In this document: piece after piece, positions 14,301-37,341 of the stretch
Layout of the letters: each line of letters opens with the position of its first letter
Numbering within the stretch: position 1 is the stretch's first letter
Source: Orbicella franksi
Lineage: Eukaryota
DNA length: 64,000 nucleotides
Assembly (NCBI GenBank): GCA_964199315.1
Contig: OZ116698.1
Location: 7,006,001-7,070,000, forward strand
Direction of reading: 5' to 3'
The notes under the pieces: generated by a model
Told to the model about the DNA's origin: nothing
What the model saw: the letters and a program-made list of their open reading frames with translations, nothing else
Databases searched by the model: none
Position numbers and translations under genes: made by a program

Positions 14301-14608
14301 CTCGGCGCCGAAGCAGCATTATCCAACGTGTCTTCTTTCGAAATATCACTCTTAAACCGAAGATCGTCGGTCAACTGTTCTAGAATTTTCCTCGCGACCT
14401 CCTCCTCTCGATCGATTTCCTTATCAGAAATTTGCCGACCGGCGGACCTTCGGATCGTAGCAATCTGTGTGATGTAAAACCACACGGTCACAATGAGCAG
14501 AAAAACAAACGCAAACGACCAGAATAAGATGGATATTTCTCCTTCTTCGGTTTCATCCTGACTCGGAATGTAGTCTTCCGCAGCCGAAGAAATCACCGCC
14601 ATCCACAT
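5333..14608 (-). CDS. AJM1: Apical junction component 1 (AJM1/AJM-1)-like protein, 3091 aa, single uninterrupted ORF
   Basis: The C-terminal ~290 aa (5333-6205) contain CSNPRC...CPACFTYYCTRNCRRIHWSEHKKVC (MYND-like zinc finger), then GRINS...KGRGCVLVTF...PPTYSSL...YDPEGEFVLNLAI and YGIRLKNDYPDVYEKLCLYVDQNIRF...MCKIM. I recognise this as the AJM1 (C9orf172) C-terminal architecture. There is a hydrophobic segment at aa ~26-50; the rest is acidic, Ser-rich and probably disordered. Confidence 0.85.
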   Translation of the reverse strand: MWMAVISSAAEDYIPSQDETEEGEISILFWSFAFVFLLIVTVWFYITQIATIRRSAGRQISDKEIDREEEVARKILEQLTDDLRFKSDISKEDTLDNAASAPSGEREESSVYEYIDDEIHIHYSKYGWDDESFESSDGSSGLAAARRPSMENMDLIFPGFLPSIVEEEEIEEDSDSESSEKSQDTDVDDKFSADLSYLPTAYKQLVNNNDGVLESSVNIEHKLDLSESGTKFAPFIESRETMTKELQPKEDRVVIGEPAESQSLFAFENVNHPAIVKSISEPVNIEQNGSSLLSTEIDNRCRVLDAENSKNILSPEPASHISTQQSAIPTKCRTVAEVTSGSLDFSAPKDEKETILDSVSDVNNSAIESTSLFTISSCDLAPALKQDANEEPKLHASNEQKISCPPNGLDRYFTRDIRFENSKNEENAHGNIENERDTELSDTSAEEDTSGLKGIKMDINKSDLADFQLKGFVDEIAGTNDHTRHAWTFFSMSGSDETTKPQKGISSPKQQLDQVAVPKIIIDSYDDGLKSDIKIANDDSMDMNGSTRYANSFETDTFETDIDIDDVDLIDSDELQDEGEFSIYFKRHVSVTDLDKILSEEGQAEVNDDSSKDVVETDLSVDKVEQRDVDISSTRTVISSDEETNYSITAPETTHVDDGSDINIQKSIIVTSKLSDCLDKQPSEELQEFEPSIKSYEVETLMDDVSFQKDGVYGELVLSKLNDHQRDYPDDVSFDYYGEDWSEFIEDYRRERKPRLYTIPEDEEISSAEDDKGEEFESNLWDQAGSNYSNGNEFSVRKDPRLQAPIATMDASDSEFDLDDHSSSEAEKSGPEIDEHSEKRYQPKLPEEPSHLDEIITYNGLTKNGGINEAKNLANEKEKKLKEPVFLDKIISCNGVTEKPEIGGVIDVASDEQKRSNEPPELSDKMFAYNGVNGDIGVVGDSTRSVKIVKKIKIFVRKEVMITKDEQELQSPKQLIEEFSDHKKDKIDTENARNETSARKEVEEAEIVPKCREPKMHPSYDVIKAEIDSDANFTQPMNFEEEQCDISEVIAKETEMIPKKESYTPPKPEQKVVDEVIEVSVKNTPERDVTQLLTQALAQSDNPKTDAKPESKIVTDVVKVLPLSLEGDAPKSVGIEDSCKPLTKNDNREMNNTSRAENVESCTSPTQKEAPVRDITQMSPKRTKQKHLSKMVARFESKIEAETFKARRSSVEFKVPKRDVTQDEEKLPVQNGQTKVDNKPGSEMKPENVKASVLSVGASVLKRDVRQDAQKLPVQSVQTKVDDKPGSEIKSENVKASVSPVGANVPKRDVRQDAQKLPVQSVQTKVDDKPGSEIKPENVKASVSSVEANVPKRDVRQDAQKLPVDSVQTKVDDKPGSQMKPENVKASVSYLEASVPKRDVTQDIEKLPVLSDQTEIDAKPESKSTPEANQLKTTPVKEHIPKLGVTQYVKKLGQTNRDAKPDSQSTPETIQMRKSFVEEDVPTPDVTQNLETIPVESDQTTIVAKPQSKSTPRTIEARSSSVEQDVSKRDVTQQLENIPVQSDQMTIESKSTPETIQANEVSLKEDIPKVVFTECVENLPAESDLTDADVKPESKSTPETVQANESSLKADTPKLVLKEYVENLPPKSDATNDDVKPELKSTPDTIQARTLPVKENIIKANVKEYVERLPAQSDQTQIDANPDSKSTPATIKTTASSVQEDVIKRDVTAYVERLPEQSDQTQIDAKPDSKPTSATIKTTVSSVKEDVIKRDVTAYVERLPAQSDQTQIDAKPDTTSTPAAIKTTASSVEAVAPKRGITNDVAQTPAQKDDILLEAKLEPKITPEIKARASSVEAVSSEREIVKDFVKVPAQNDQTKSDRTDKVSKTVTKDDIQAKPKRSNVGLKLFISGKRRKEDSKTASENGMLSPSSSEEPALTEETEVQSPESPPVTISIQGKDSQEDREGRRVRSPTRMSPTPWEKKPRKTYLASRNIRLSKSHEDLRFVERAPGEMQDIIQEEEPATHNVQAGQSVPEDDVKELIEPDSIHTAKITVQEVVGDKQRILILNVKKKVHGKARWKSLSDLDSIKMAVTPPRRRSDLGNALASFAEEEKKVEGRKGPTVLPVLEVKTRRKSLPEMEESISEEQVVSPRRSPILKVTALQDLESVTEKDAPTRIIKARVMPVLEEGEAQSDENVTEIRDKETSRREFKARVTQISSRESKPRVEREDVDGSEENRAQERIISAPIVSPVVEAIPWLERETVTEISDSATKGNTIKVRVARVTPAEEVPPQTEDRFSRPRLSPTVETLPKLRDEREIEARVSQISPIREVRYRQGRESGYGSLEIKDNDAGTPSAFNTLGSVRSDPVSTLGGVNERSVSSLSSIEDAFDGEILGESRIMVTDLDALLAQQTAAVTEEKPRPQSPETHEVTEKVHVWARMEPVPQKAVRINSNEQDDDENLVIHHVKSEEPIVIEPVIVTEAASNEESNVISAFLVNDGYDDDELDEVFLEDYPPYGFPNSHGNSVRKHSSDADSETSSVSSLPLKPRHRQTRAALEAANIGARNRTESSGSSKTATPVAELENEKAATSSGSSTPEIRAREVSREESFSYKTPERSPPAAKETLTKFTSAFISLSRTTNVRRPRARSEEKSAPKSDEESSAQTKGPGSSLQKKGLGTSVQDVQIMPGLHIDQQRFKDAADSRKSMPDLTKRQHPINDSPFLRGLSAHTRKWLSQNAWMDSNEQQDEDDLMTSDLFLYPSNRFQPGSNIDASFMSLAGERDFPDDISVSSLSTRPQSPMSEFSFAGEVPYWGMRRGSTTTVKCSNPRCEQEEVLFPGEKTTYTSCPACFTYYCTRNCRRIHWSEHKKVCFFGRINSYIRSFIYLCHKKEALKFQLSKAAKEGFKRKGRGCVLVTFASAQSARKFMTTGCSFFPSPPTYSSLQDLQAEGVVSKHRVALIQNIRDYDPEGEFVLNLAIIAGKMENLPANPVPRRKVTTVLQVIKIPLSSKLKEDVSSSPSDPKTETKLFYLPKCARHEFVNENEARRHYCRNISKNLKQYGIRLKNDYPDVYEKLCLYVDQNIRFKEPLTVYGNQGKKIVMCKIMPEAGDDGKK
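9040..10960 (-). repeat. Coding tandem repeat, ~14-15 units of 135 nt (45 aa), inside AJM1-like ORF
   Basis: Units such as KRDVRQDAQKLPVQSVQTKVDDKPGSEIKPENVKASVSSVEANVP and KRDVTAYVERLPAQSDQTQIDAKPD...; the DNA period of 135 is visible (cgttcgct at 10561 and 10696). Two units are shortened to 41 aa. Confidence 0.9.
11805..12070 (-). repeat. Three degenerate ~37-aa coding repeats (EPxxLDxIIxxNG) in AJM1-like ORF
   Basis: EEPSHLDEIITYNGLTK / KEPVFLDKIISCNGVTE / NEPPELSDKMFAYNGVNG. Confidence 0.65.
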
Positions 14609-17600
14609 GTCGCCGGGAGTCGCTCGATAGATTTAAAACGGCAGAATGCGCGCTATGGTACTTAATTCTTCTGCTTTCTACGGCGACGGCACGAAACCTT
14701 TCCCGTCGGGCCAAGAATATAAACAATTTGTAGTGACCAAGCTCAGGAGTTACATCTCTACGGGCAACGCTGGAAATCTGATCGCCTTGCTGTTGTCCCG
14801 TATCGCGGACAATCGCTTCTGTTCTGAGAAAGCGAAGCGTGCAACTTCTAGTAGCTCGTCAGATTTGCATATCAATTGGTGGCACTAAAGGCTAATTTGA
14901 ATCCTAAAATTTGTGCATTATGTCTTCACTTTGGCGGCCACCAGCTACGAGTTTGTGCGACGATCGGATTCCAGCCAGGTCATAAAAAATGTATAACTCC
15001 ACCTTCACTTTTTCTCGAAATGACGCGTCGCTTGAACGAAGAGGCTACAAAGCGTTCCTTCGGTCGTGTTTATCTTGGAGTAAAATAATCTTTTGATAGG
15101 TTCGGAACCACGTGAACAAAACAATGGCAGAGCTTGCGTGAGTGAGCAATTCCAAAAAAAAATATTTATAACAACAATGATAGCTACAACAGGCAGACGG
15201 TGTCGTGGATTTAAGTAACCTACAGGGCACAGACAGGCGTGAAAATAAATACGATCAGACTTAATACTGGTATACATTTCCAGAGGAATTTTATTTGCTA
15301 ATATTTTTAACGACAGATGGGCACACGCGATGTGTAGAAATGTGTCTCCAGCCTGAACACCTTGGGTTCGAAACGAAAGAGACGTTTGTGAAGCTATATA
15401 ATTAATTGCTTTATGACAATTAGCAATTCAAGGCCAGAGTTAAGTCAGAAATTTAATTTATTTCATCCATCGAGTTTCGTAAGTATGTCTGAAGTTTTCA
15501 AATGTTGACAAACACTCAAGAGCGATTGTTACGACGTTTTCTACACCAAACCCCACCGGAAATTCAAAACGCACCAAAGGAAATGAACTCTGACTGAAGG
15601 AATCTTTAATTCTAAATCGTTTAGATTTCCTTTGGATGACTGACCTGGGAAAAAAAAATTGCGAAGTTGGGGCAAAACAATATGTTTAATTACGTAAAAT
15701 TACGACGAACGTTATGGAAAGATATACAGAGCCAAATTGTTTGCCAGAAAAAAAAAAAAAACACTGTCACTGGTTTTATTTTGTTTATTCTCTTTATTTG
15801 TTATGGGCTCTTTACAGTTTTCAAATGATTTCTATATGGAAAGTGGACTGATTCACTGTAATATAAGCTGCCTATTGCTACGCTAAGCGGCCTATGATCT
15901 AGTAAGACCAATTTTTCCCGCTTCTATTTCGATAATGCTAATGGAATAAGAGTGCCACTGAACCACTTATTAAACAGTATAACCCGTTTTTTGATCCACA
16001 AACTGCCCGCTGTCAGCTCTCTAGATCAAGTTTGATATTTTTTTTTTCCTTCGATATAGTTATCAAATATGTAGATTACTCTCTCTTTCACAACAGTATG
16101 TATTTATCTTCTTTTTCCGCGGATGTAGTTTTAGAGAAGCTCGTCCCTTCTCGGATCCGTTGCTATTTTAAAGGTGTTTTAATTAAATGCTATAAGACCT
16201 TTAATTTGTACTGAAGATGGTCTCTAAAATCGGAAATGAGGTAACTCATCATAGATTGAGGACAGGTTCTGACACCTTTCATCAGTTTTGCCTTCAGCGA
16301 TTGAAAGAAAACTATGAATTATATTATGTGCAGGAAAGCTTAGCAACATTATCTTGCCTTTCTACAGTCCTGTCGTCGGGAGAGCAAGAGTGCCTGAATC
16401 GCTGTAGCTCTGGAATGCACAAGAATGCTGTTAAATCATTTTCTTAATTGTACTTATTATGTAATTTATGTGGATGGTAATGCACTCGGGAAGGCACTTG
16501 ACTGGAACGTGGTCGCAAATATACACTCGTTGGCATCACTGTCAAGTTTTTAAATAGACAGAATAATTAAAAATTAAATCTACCCAAATTTTAGCAATGT
16601 GAATACATCGTTAGCTTGTTCTTTAACACAGTTTTGCCTTTCCCATCCTGCTGGTGAAATATTTGCGATATTTAAAAACTTGAGAAAACTCCCGAATTTT
16701 AATTCATATTATTTCAACTATAAGCTTGGAATTGAATTGAAGAGTCCTTGGGCAATGCGAAAAATTATTTCAGATCAGGACCAAAATTAACTTGGAACCG
16801 TTCCAACAATTAAATTCAGTGGTGCAATCTCGCCAAATTTTCCTTATATAGTTTTAGAGCCTTTAAGAGCATCACGTACCGGTACTAAATAATTGACGAG
16901 CTGCGTCAGAACAGGCTTAAATAAAATTTCCTGGTAACATTTATTCATGCTGTAGAAGTCTGTTTTTGCATATCCATCTATGGTTCGCATGAGTTACTTC
17001 TTTGTTTAAATCACATTAACCTTTTCTCACAGAACCGCCTTCACTTTTATGTCCATGATTGTATCTTTTCATTTTGCGTGACAGCATCTCAAACGTGAAG
17101 TCCCTCTAGGCATTTTCACCAGACCGTAACAAATTTGTCAAGAGCACGAATGACTATTAGTGGTAAATTGCAATTCAGCTGTTGTTATTGAGAGAACTAA
17201 TAAGAACGAAAGTGAGAACCCTTCGGTGATCATGAGCTATCTTCCCCTCACTAAATCTATGTCCAGTAAGACAAGGGGTGTTGTCCTGATGGGCCTCAAA
17301 CTTCTTATAACCAAACTAACGGTAGAGAGTTGATAACAAGCAGCTATTTATAGACGTTAAAAGTTATGTCATTGAGTTTGGGTTTGTCAAATTAAAGCCA
17401 CCTCTTCGTCGTCGTTTCGCCATATTTCCAGGTCGTGAACGTGTAATAAAGTTTCGTGTCAATTCCTGGCACTGTGGTATTTGATAAAAGAAATACCTGT
17501 GTGAAAAAGTCCGAACAGAATATAAAAAACAGATAGACAGGTGAAATGTGTCACCAAGGGCAACCAGAGTGTTCTCAAAAAGTTGCTATTTTTGAAGACG

Positions 17601-20306
17601 AATATTAATTATGTCGGCAATACAAGTCAATTTTACATTTTGCGGATATTAAATGCCAAAAAAAGATTTATTAAAATGTAATAAAGAGATAAAAGTTATT
17701 GGAACTTATTGCAAAGGCAAAGAACATGCAGTTTCCCATAGAATTAGTCTCCGTGACCAAACTCAGTGGATTATGAAGGTAATAATGTTGAGAAGACTCT
17801 TACAAAACACTGAAGTAGCATAGCTGGAAGGAACAAAACGGTTGCCAAGAAATTAAACAAACTGAGGTACTTTACATAATGACAACAAACTGACTAACAA
17901 ACTCTCCGTGTCACCTGGAACTCGTGCAACTTGCTAATTGGTTTATATGCCTAGGCCGATTTTCGGGCATCTGAATGAGGGCTACCTGTAAGCATCAAAT
18001 AAGGCAGGCAACAGAGAATATCACCAGTTTCTTGATGATCGACATTTATCACAGTTTGAGACGAGTAATGTGCTAATAACTTATGATAACACTCTAATGA
18101 GAAATTTTTAGCTTATTCATCTACTGTCTAGACAGCTTTTGACATGAGGTTCAACCCCTCGGGTTGTATTTCAGGAATGATGAAAGAGATAAGAGTTTCA
18201 CAGTTCGGCGCATGTCCAAGCTTTGGCGCGAGCATAAACTACCTTTTTCGTGTCTTACTCACGACCACATGTAGTTCAATCACAGGCAATACTTAGGTAA
18301 GCTCTCTGGATGACTGATGCCCAAACTTGGCGGAAGATACCACGAATTTACACAGAAAATGTCGAATTTGGTATTGAACATCGAACTGATTATGCAGGCG
18401 GAAGGCTTGACCCTGGACAGACGCACGAGTTATCTGTTCACATCTGATTGGTTAACAAACAAAGGAAAGATTGCAAAAGGAATTCTAATAAGAAATACCA
18501 CCTCTATTCAGCCTCTTTAATTTCCCAAGTCTACGGTTTCCTGATTGTTTGTTGCATGTGCACATTATCACCTCTTTTTGGTTTTTCTACCTAAGTAAGC
18601 TAAATGAATACATAGTGTAGATGGCATTCAATTTTGCCCCAAGAGCCACCGAAGTGATTCGGACCCCGAGTTTCAATGATGCATGGCCTGCACAAGTGAA
18701 AAAATCAAGATAAGCCTACTATTATGCAATATGGCAAAGTTATTTTAAATTCCATATCCCTTAGTTTAAATCGTTGTAATTTTAGTCTCAAGCCTCAGGC
18801 CCGGTGTTACATTTCATACACCTGTTCTAAACACATTGCTTGAAGTTTGCACGATTTGTGAAATGTAGCATTTCTTTATAAAAGTTCAGATAAGTTACTA
18901 GGAATGAGCTGGACAAAAGCAACGGCAGTTATTTTCATTATGGGAGGGGAGGAGTGGGGGGAGAAGTAAAAGGTAGTAATGTATTTGGTTAAGCCAGATA
19001 AACTAAGACCGGTCAGGACCTCTTAAAGTTTGGGCGCAAGAGGTAATTCAAATCTGTCGACAAAAGAGAAACATCCTTTAAAACAAATCGCCAGCACAGA
19101 GCATACAGCTTAGCAGATTTCCATCGTCCTCTCAGTATGCCCTGTTAGTGAGATTTATAAACTTGACAGTTTCATCAAGCGGTTTTAAAATGACTGTCGT
19201 ACAACAAAAACCCAAGTTATCACTTTTGGCTAGTCGTGAAGAACACAGACAATCCTGTGAACCAATCAAAACTCCAATACATGTAGTAAACTTACGACTG
19301 GTTTGATTGTACTTCTGATTTGGATAAGAAAGCTGTGCAAGATTTTTGAGCCAATGAATAGCATGCTAGTTACATGTAAGTTAGTTAGTGAAAAACTAAT
19401 AATGAAATAAAAACTTCAAAAACTAAGGTTTCTGTAGAATATATCTTTCACTACATAATATTGTAAGCTGGGATCATCTCAATAGGCTAAATTGATGTGA
19501 ACCAGCTGAGCAATGCACTATGGTGTTATTTTTCATTCATAGCAACCCAATATTTGAATAAATAAGAAGTGTTCAAGGATAAGGTAAATATTTTAATAAA
19601 TACATTTTTATATTACATCTTAAGTACAATAAATAGCTCATCGGCCTCTTGTTAAATATTGTTAGTAGCAGAGTCAGTAGTTATATCTTCAATAAAACCA
19701 TTTTAATTATCACTATTCGAGAAAAATTGACAAAACAGTGTTGCACGATGAAAGTAAGAGCTGGAGAAACGTCAATATCCACAATAACTGAATTGAGTAA
19801 TTTACAATAATATTATAAAAAATTCCCAGTTAGTAAATAGATTATGAGTACATGATGTTCTCTTCTTCTTGCTGACTTATAAATGAATAAATACTATTGT
19901 TTCCAGCGGCTCTGTTTAGCAGCAGTCTCTTTAGTTTACTGGCCAGCTACACCCTGTAACATCTACTTGATTGCTCTGAATTAAAGAAAGACAAGTGCAA
20001 ATTATTATACAGATTAACATGCAAAGTAACATACACCCAGGCAAAGCCTGAAAATGAACTTAATAATAATGTTTAGCTTATGACTGAGTCAAAGTTAAAA
20101 CCCATAGGTTACAAGATTTTCAAACTGATTGTGCTCTACTGGTGTGGCTTTGCTGTGCAGAGCTCCACCAAGATGATCTGAATCCCTAGGAAAACATGGG
20201 AGTTTGACTATTGGTAACGCCTGAGGAGTTTAGTCAGAGAGTCTAGTTGAATGATTCACCTGATGATGGTGAAGAACGAGGAGATATGACCATCAGGTAC
20301 ATGTTA

Positions 20307-20565
20307 GGCCCCATCCACATTACACGGGAGGAATTTGAAAATGGAGGATTCAAATGCTTTCTGTCCACATTATGCAGGAGGAATTTAAAAATGCAACAAT
20401 CACTGGTCATTTTGGATTTGCGTTTGAAAAAAACCTAGCAGGGAAATCACATGATTACTGCGAGGTCATCACTTTCAAAAAGCTCCATCTCTGAAATGTT
20501 TTCTGTCCACATGAAAACAAAAAAGGGGGGGGGGGGTTTCAAATTCCTGTGGTTTAAAGAGTCTT
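20307..20565. mobile_element. Truncated Harbinger-like MITE, same family as 820-1182 in opposite orientation
   Basis: tta|ggccccatccacattacacgggaggaatttgaaaatg; the internal tcattttggatttgcgtttgaaaaa...ggaaatcacatgat matches the reverse complement of 1015-1075. Confidence 0.55.
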
Positions 20566-20656
20566 TTTTAAGAGCCTTTTTGAAATGAACAAGAACATCG
20601 CCAGAACAGTGACGGCTGGGTTACAAGCAACTAAACAACTTGGCACAAGCACGTAC

Positions 20657-21229
20657 AGAGTGTTTTCATTGTCATGCAATAAAAAATAAAACCAAAAACC
20701 ATTCAGTGGATAAAGTCAAGAAATTGTGATATTATAGAGGATGAATAAAGAAGACAGTTCTCGAAGTTTAAGGTGTGTGTATTGTCCCAAAGTTGAGATA
20801 TTGGCCGAAATCTTTTGCACATTCAAATTTACAGAGTCTTAAGAGCAGTATGGAGCCGCCATGCTGGTGTTCCTCTGTGTTACAACAATATGACGCCAGA
20901 AAATAGTGTTAACATCTGGAACTCACTTTGGTTATCTAGGACACTGATTATCTGCACTGAACACACAAACATTTAAAAAAGCACTTTTCCAAATACTTTA
21001 ACATTTTAAATGGCTAAAATCACGAGATAAATATATATTTTTTGAAAAATGCAATCGTAGCTTTGTCACGCACTGCCATAAATCTGGTTTCCAAATGGAG
21101 AATGCTATTAAGCTGGAAAAATGTAAACAGACATAAATTTAGTATCTCTTATGCCTGATAAGGATAAAAACTTTGGTGGCTCTTTAGGTTTGGATTTAAG
21201 AATTTGATGACGTCATGTGAAAACGCTCT
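20657..21229. mobile_element. MITE with short TIRs
   Basis: Ends agagtgttttca...tgaaaacgctct; non-coding AT-rich interior. Confidence 0.5.
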
Positions 21230-21599
21230 ATAACATGATCTATCCTTTGAGTTGAGTAGTTTGGGTATGACTCTTTTTTTGCCAATCAACATCAGTCGAT
21301 GAATGGCTTTTGTGTGACTATCGATTGATCATGGATTGACCAATACCAATCGATACCAATTACAGTAACTAATTTTATAGATTGATATCGATTGCTTCTC
21401 TGATCATCATTTTCCATTGACTGGACACCCTGGGTTCCAATAATACACCACGATAGATAATCGGAAGAAAACAATCTCTTGAATTTCAAACATATTTTGA
21501 GCAACTGTAGCAACAGGTGGTATGAGGATGGGAAAAACCACAATGCTTACCGGTAGACACTACATGTACCTTCCTGAAACTTGGAAAGGCCTTAATACT

Positions 21600-22075
21600 A
21601 AATAATTATTGAAAAAAAAAAAGCGATCAAACAGACACTAATTTTGCAAGGTCAGGAGCCAGCTATCTAACATGAAGGATATTGGTAAGGTTTGCCATAG
21701 TAAGAAAATATATAAATAACAAGCGACCGAATCATCCAGCTGTTTTCTGGATGAATAGAGCCTATTTTAAAGATTTTAACTTTAACGCCCTGTCGGCTTC
21801 GACAACCCGCCACAGACATAGTGACTTTATATACAATTAGTTTTAGTTAGTTTGTTGTAATCATATAGTAGATTAACTTAGTAATAGTTCTAGTTAGCAA
21901 TTAATTAAATAATTAATTTTATTGTAAATCTAGGAATTGTAATCTAAACATTTTAATCGTAATTTTAAATTTTTAGCAAAGTTAAATTTAAATACACGAC
22001 CCCACAAGCTTTTAGTTTTAATTATTATCGTGTTTAAATAAAGTTTATCTATCTATCTATCTGTCTATCTATCTT
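21600..22075 (+). mobile_element. Probable 3' end of a decayed LINE with (CTAT)n tail
   Basis: AT-rich 3'-UTR-like tract, cacgaccccacaagcttttag motif, AATAAA, then a (CTAT)n microsatellite at ~22048-22075. No intact ORF. Confidence 0.4.
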
Positions 22076-22352
22076 TCTCTAAGTAAGCTTAAGTTTCTTA
22101 ACGCTTACTGCTTGCAAAACCTTCCGGGATAACCCTCCATCTACTTTTACACTTTTACTGCTACAAATATTACCTTTCATGAGTGGTACGACGGATTAAG
22201 CGTTATGAACCTCGAAAGGATGAAAGCTGCGACTATTGTGGCCAACGTGAAGGTGAAAGCACAGAAATAAAACGTCTGCTCGTCTTTGAAGATGTCCACC
22301 ATTTTGTCTGTAAACAAACAAAGCTCCCGGTCAAAGGACTGGAAAGGAGCAG

Positions 22353-22360
22353 TGACGTCA
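22353..22360 (+). promoter_or_regulatory. Perfect CRE (TGACGTCA) just upstream of GPR107-like ATG
   Basis: TGACGTCA at 22353-22360; the ATG at 22388 lies in a YY1-like aaaATGGCG context. Function is untested. Confidence 0.35.
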
Positions 22361-22387
22361 TGCCAGCGCCATCGATATCACAACAAA

Positions 22388-34875
<12,488 letters not shown>

Positions 34876-35407
34876 ATAATAATTGTGTGACTGTGTACTA
34901 CCTTAATTCAAATAACTGACAATTACTTCGCATATTGTGTGTATAGATTTGTCTTTGCGCGTACCACAAGTTTTGCGTGCGGCTCTTTCCAGAAACAGTA
35001 TGCGCGTAGGTGTCTAGTGTAGATGAGCAAATTAGATGTTCACATTATGGATAATATATTTGGTACCTGATAATGTGAAATATGTACAAGGTTCACCCGA
35101 CCTTATTTATCAATTAAATATATATAGAACAAGTACAAACTTCTCGTTTACCTCAAGCAAAGTGTTAACATTTCCTTGAATTTTTATGGTTTGAGGTTTA
35201 ATTTGTAGAACTCGGCGACCGCCAAAGTGTGGTTGTGGAGAGTAGCGTAACTGTTTCTGTAGTGAGAAGTTGACGGAGGTGTTTTGCGTTGCAAATTGTT
35301 AGAATAGAGCTTTCCAGGAAGGTTATAATGAAAGATATTTATTTCTATATGATCTCTATAGGGTGGCTTGTGATGGTTGTCATCCCTTTTTCATATACTA
35401 CTACCTA

Positions 35408-35640
35408 TTAGTATAAATCTACGAGCGTTTTATCACGAATGCCGTTCTCTGATTTGGCTACGCTGCTCACTATCTATTCTGTTGTAGACGGTGAGTAGCG
35501 TAGCAGCGTGCGCTGGAGGCCGCTTCTTTGTATTTTCGAAGTGTCTTTGAAGAGGATTTAGATTAAGGTTTTGAACGACTACTAGATACTAAAACAATTA
35601 GATTATTCGCTCTCGATTTCTATGCGTGATATCTAATTGT
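35408..35640 (+). repeat. Interspersed repeat; inverted second copy at 41868-42124
   Basis: ttagtataaatctacgagcgttttatcacgaatgccgttctctgat(t)tggcta... matches the reverse complement of ...tagccaatcagagaacggcattcgtgatagaacgctagtagatttatactaa. Confidence 0.7.
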
Positions 35641-37341
35641 TAAATATTGATTGGTATTATAATAATCGTAGCAAACGAATCACTAGTAGACAAGTTTTGA
35701 TTATCTTTTTGATATAACAGGTTACCATGACAACAGTATGATCTGTTAAAACACCTTTAATTTGCTTTGTTAAGTGTTTATAACTGAACGTCGGGCTTGG
35801 TACCCCAGTGTTTTCCTTTGTTTTGTTTTTAGGATACTAATTGGTGATAAGTAAGTCAGGATGTAACATCTGTTACTCAGCAAAATTTAAATTGGGCTTA
35901 AGTTACGCTGCACCACAAGTTACGAGCCACCGTATAAACTGAGTAGGAAGGAATTAAAGTAGATATCCGACCTTCCAATGCCGGCTAGGAGGAGAAATGA
36001 ACCGCATGTTGAAGCTACACTAACCATAGTTGGAATTCTGACAATAGTTAATTGAGGGAAATGGTTTTGAAACCTGGCAAAATTATTTTAGGGGGTTGAC
36101 CCTGCATAAAAACCTGGCAAAATACAGATGGTGGCTATGTGTGCTCGTACAACTAACCAATAGAAGCATTGCAATTATGCAATTGTGTAATCATGCATAG
36201 CCAATGAGCATAAAACAAACTATGTGCAGGGGCAAAGACCTTCCAACATAAATCTTAGCCTGTTTGTTTGCTTCTTTGATGTTTACCGGGCTTCTTAACC
36301 ATTTCCTCTATTAACTATGTTCTAACTGAATGTTGTTGTATTTTTTATGTCCCAAGATGTTACGTGTTCACTAAAGAACAAGTTTCCAGGACGTTACGAG
36401 GTTTATTCTCGTGATGTAACTCTCAAAATAAACTGCTTGTTCGTCGTGCCACTGTCTGTTTTTATCAGTATAAACACGCGCTATGAATGCATGTGTAATA
36501 TATTGTAAACGCGTTTTAAAGCATGATGCGGTAATTTATTAAATCGGGAGCATTAATTTGAAACTTTTTGCTCTAAGATCATAATATGTAATATTTAGTT
36601 GCAAGCTGCGCTATCAAATTTAATGTTCTTATCAACGAGAGCATTGAAATTTGATTGAAACTCTGTTTCTGTAATGAAAGTAACTCTAAGTTTGGTTGAG
36701 TGAGACAAGACAGAGTCTTTCATGAACTTGAGTTTTGTATTGGGAAACTGAAATTTGAATTTTCACAGAAATAAACAAGTGAAATATTTGCTCAAATGAA
36801 AATAGAGTGCACAACATGCAGTTACATGAATGAAGCAAGTAAAATAAAGTTTGGTGTTTGAAGTCTGTGATGCAATTATTTTTTCAGCCAGGTAGCACAG
36901 CTAACACAGATCTAAGATGTATAACAACGGATTGATATGACGCCTTATTCGTGGTTACTACAGGTGCTCAAAACTCACCACTAACCCCATTCCCTTTTGC
37001 CCATCTCTCTTTAAGCTTCGTTTACGCGAAATTTTTCTCAAACCTCAGGCAGCCTAATGCTGTTTACTGCACATAAGCAATCGTTTCGTCTTTGCTGTTA
37101 TGAGAATAGTCGTTTTTGGCAAAATTTTCAAGTTTACGGTTTCAAAATAGAGAGGCCTACGCGTGAAACTAAGTCGGTCGTAAACGTGCATAGGAAGTAT
37201 TAAACATAAGGAAGCTTGATTACAAACTTCTCGAGATATCTGCAGTGTTGGTTAACTGAACGGTCAAATTGTTATAATGCTATTTGATCTTTTGGCATCA
37301 AAGATGCGACCGTAAACCGTCGTTACACCCCACTGCATTAA

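Noticed and set aside
5817-14349. Many 60-255 aa ORFs overlapping the AJM1-like gene
   Set aside because: Antisense or off-frame shadows of a long coding exon; no recognisable motifs.
18176-18298. Exon-like segment bounded by tttcag and gtaagc in the AJM1-GPR107 interval
   Set aside because: The frames I translated contain stops and it has no partner exons; at most a non-coding exon, unsupported.
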